Of a DNA stretch of 64,000 bases, positions 63,750-64,000 are shown in pieces. Positions within the stretch are counted from its first letter, which is position 1. Every line of letters begins with the position of its first letter. A program made the position numbers and the translations under genes. The notes beneath the pieces are model-generated. The model made no database searches. It was given only the letters and a program-made list of their open reading frames with translations, and had not been told where the DNA came from. The DNA is from Lophium mytilinum (Eukaryota). Location: contig MU004196.1 of assembly GCA_010093605.1 (NCBI GenBank), positions 828,606 to 892,605 of the forward strand, given 5' to 3'.

Positions 63750-64000
63750 TGTGTGCGAGATCTCTGCGTTTCAGAGTCTGCGCGAAGGAGGCGAGGAATG
63801 CAGTGGGTAGGCAGTGTCGTCGGCGGGGAAGGTTTAGGAGAGATTCAGCGGAATGTTATGTGTTTATTCTTTGTTGTGTGTCCCAGGCAGCTTTGGCTTA
63901 GAAATTTATGGTGCTGTGCTGTCTGGCCGCGAACAAGGTCAAGGGTGAATATGTTCTGGTCGCTCCGGCAGCCGAATCGCTTGAGTCGTGGGCCTGAGGC

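Overview
Gene-dense, intron-containing chromosomal region of a filamentous ascomycete. The short GT-AG introns with CTRAY branch sites and the gene content fit Pezizomycotina, possibly Dothideomycetes. About 25 protein-coding genes can be modelled. Conserved housekeeping genes include ALG11, COX18-like, acyl-CoA oxidase, PTC2/3, LST8, BUD6/AIP3, PBP1, an ITR-type transporter, ICE2, MYG1 and IGO1. There are several secreted or GPI-anchored proteins, plus accessory genes (HET, sulfotransferase-like, cupin). The most striking feature is a head-to-head pair about 390 bp apart. One gene is a secretory-pathway prolyl 4-hydroxylase-type 2OG-Fe(II) dioxygenase. The other is a truncated PDI paralogue (a-b-b'-HDEL) whose CGHC site is replaced by VKLT across two 8-nt micro-exons, which recalls the alpha/beta (P4H/PDI) subunits of animal collagen prolyl 4-hydroxylase. 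Other notable items are two degenerate tandem arrays with periods of ~107 and ~160/213 bp, a 90-bp TA-flanked MITE-like hairpin, an in-frame extension behind the BUD6 stop codon, a DEDDh exonuclease relic and a ~7 kb gene-poor stretch. All product calls come from motif recognition by eye; no database searches were run.
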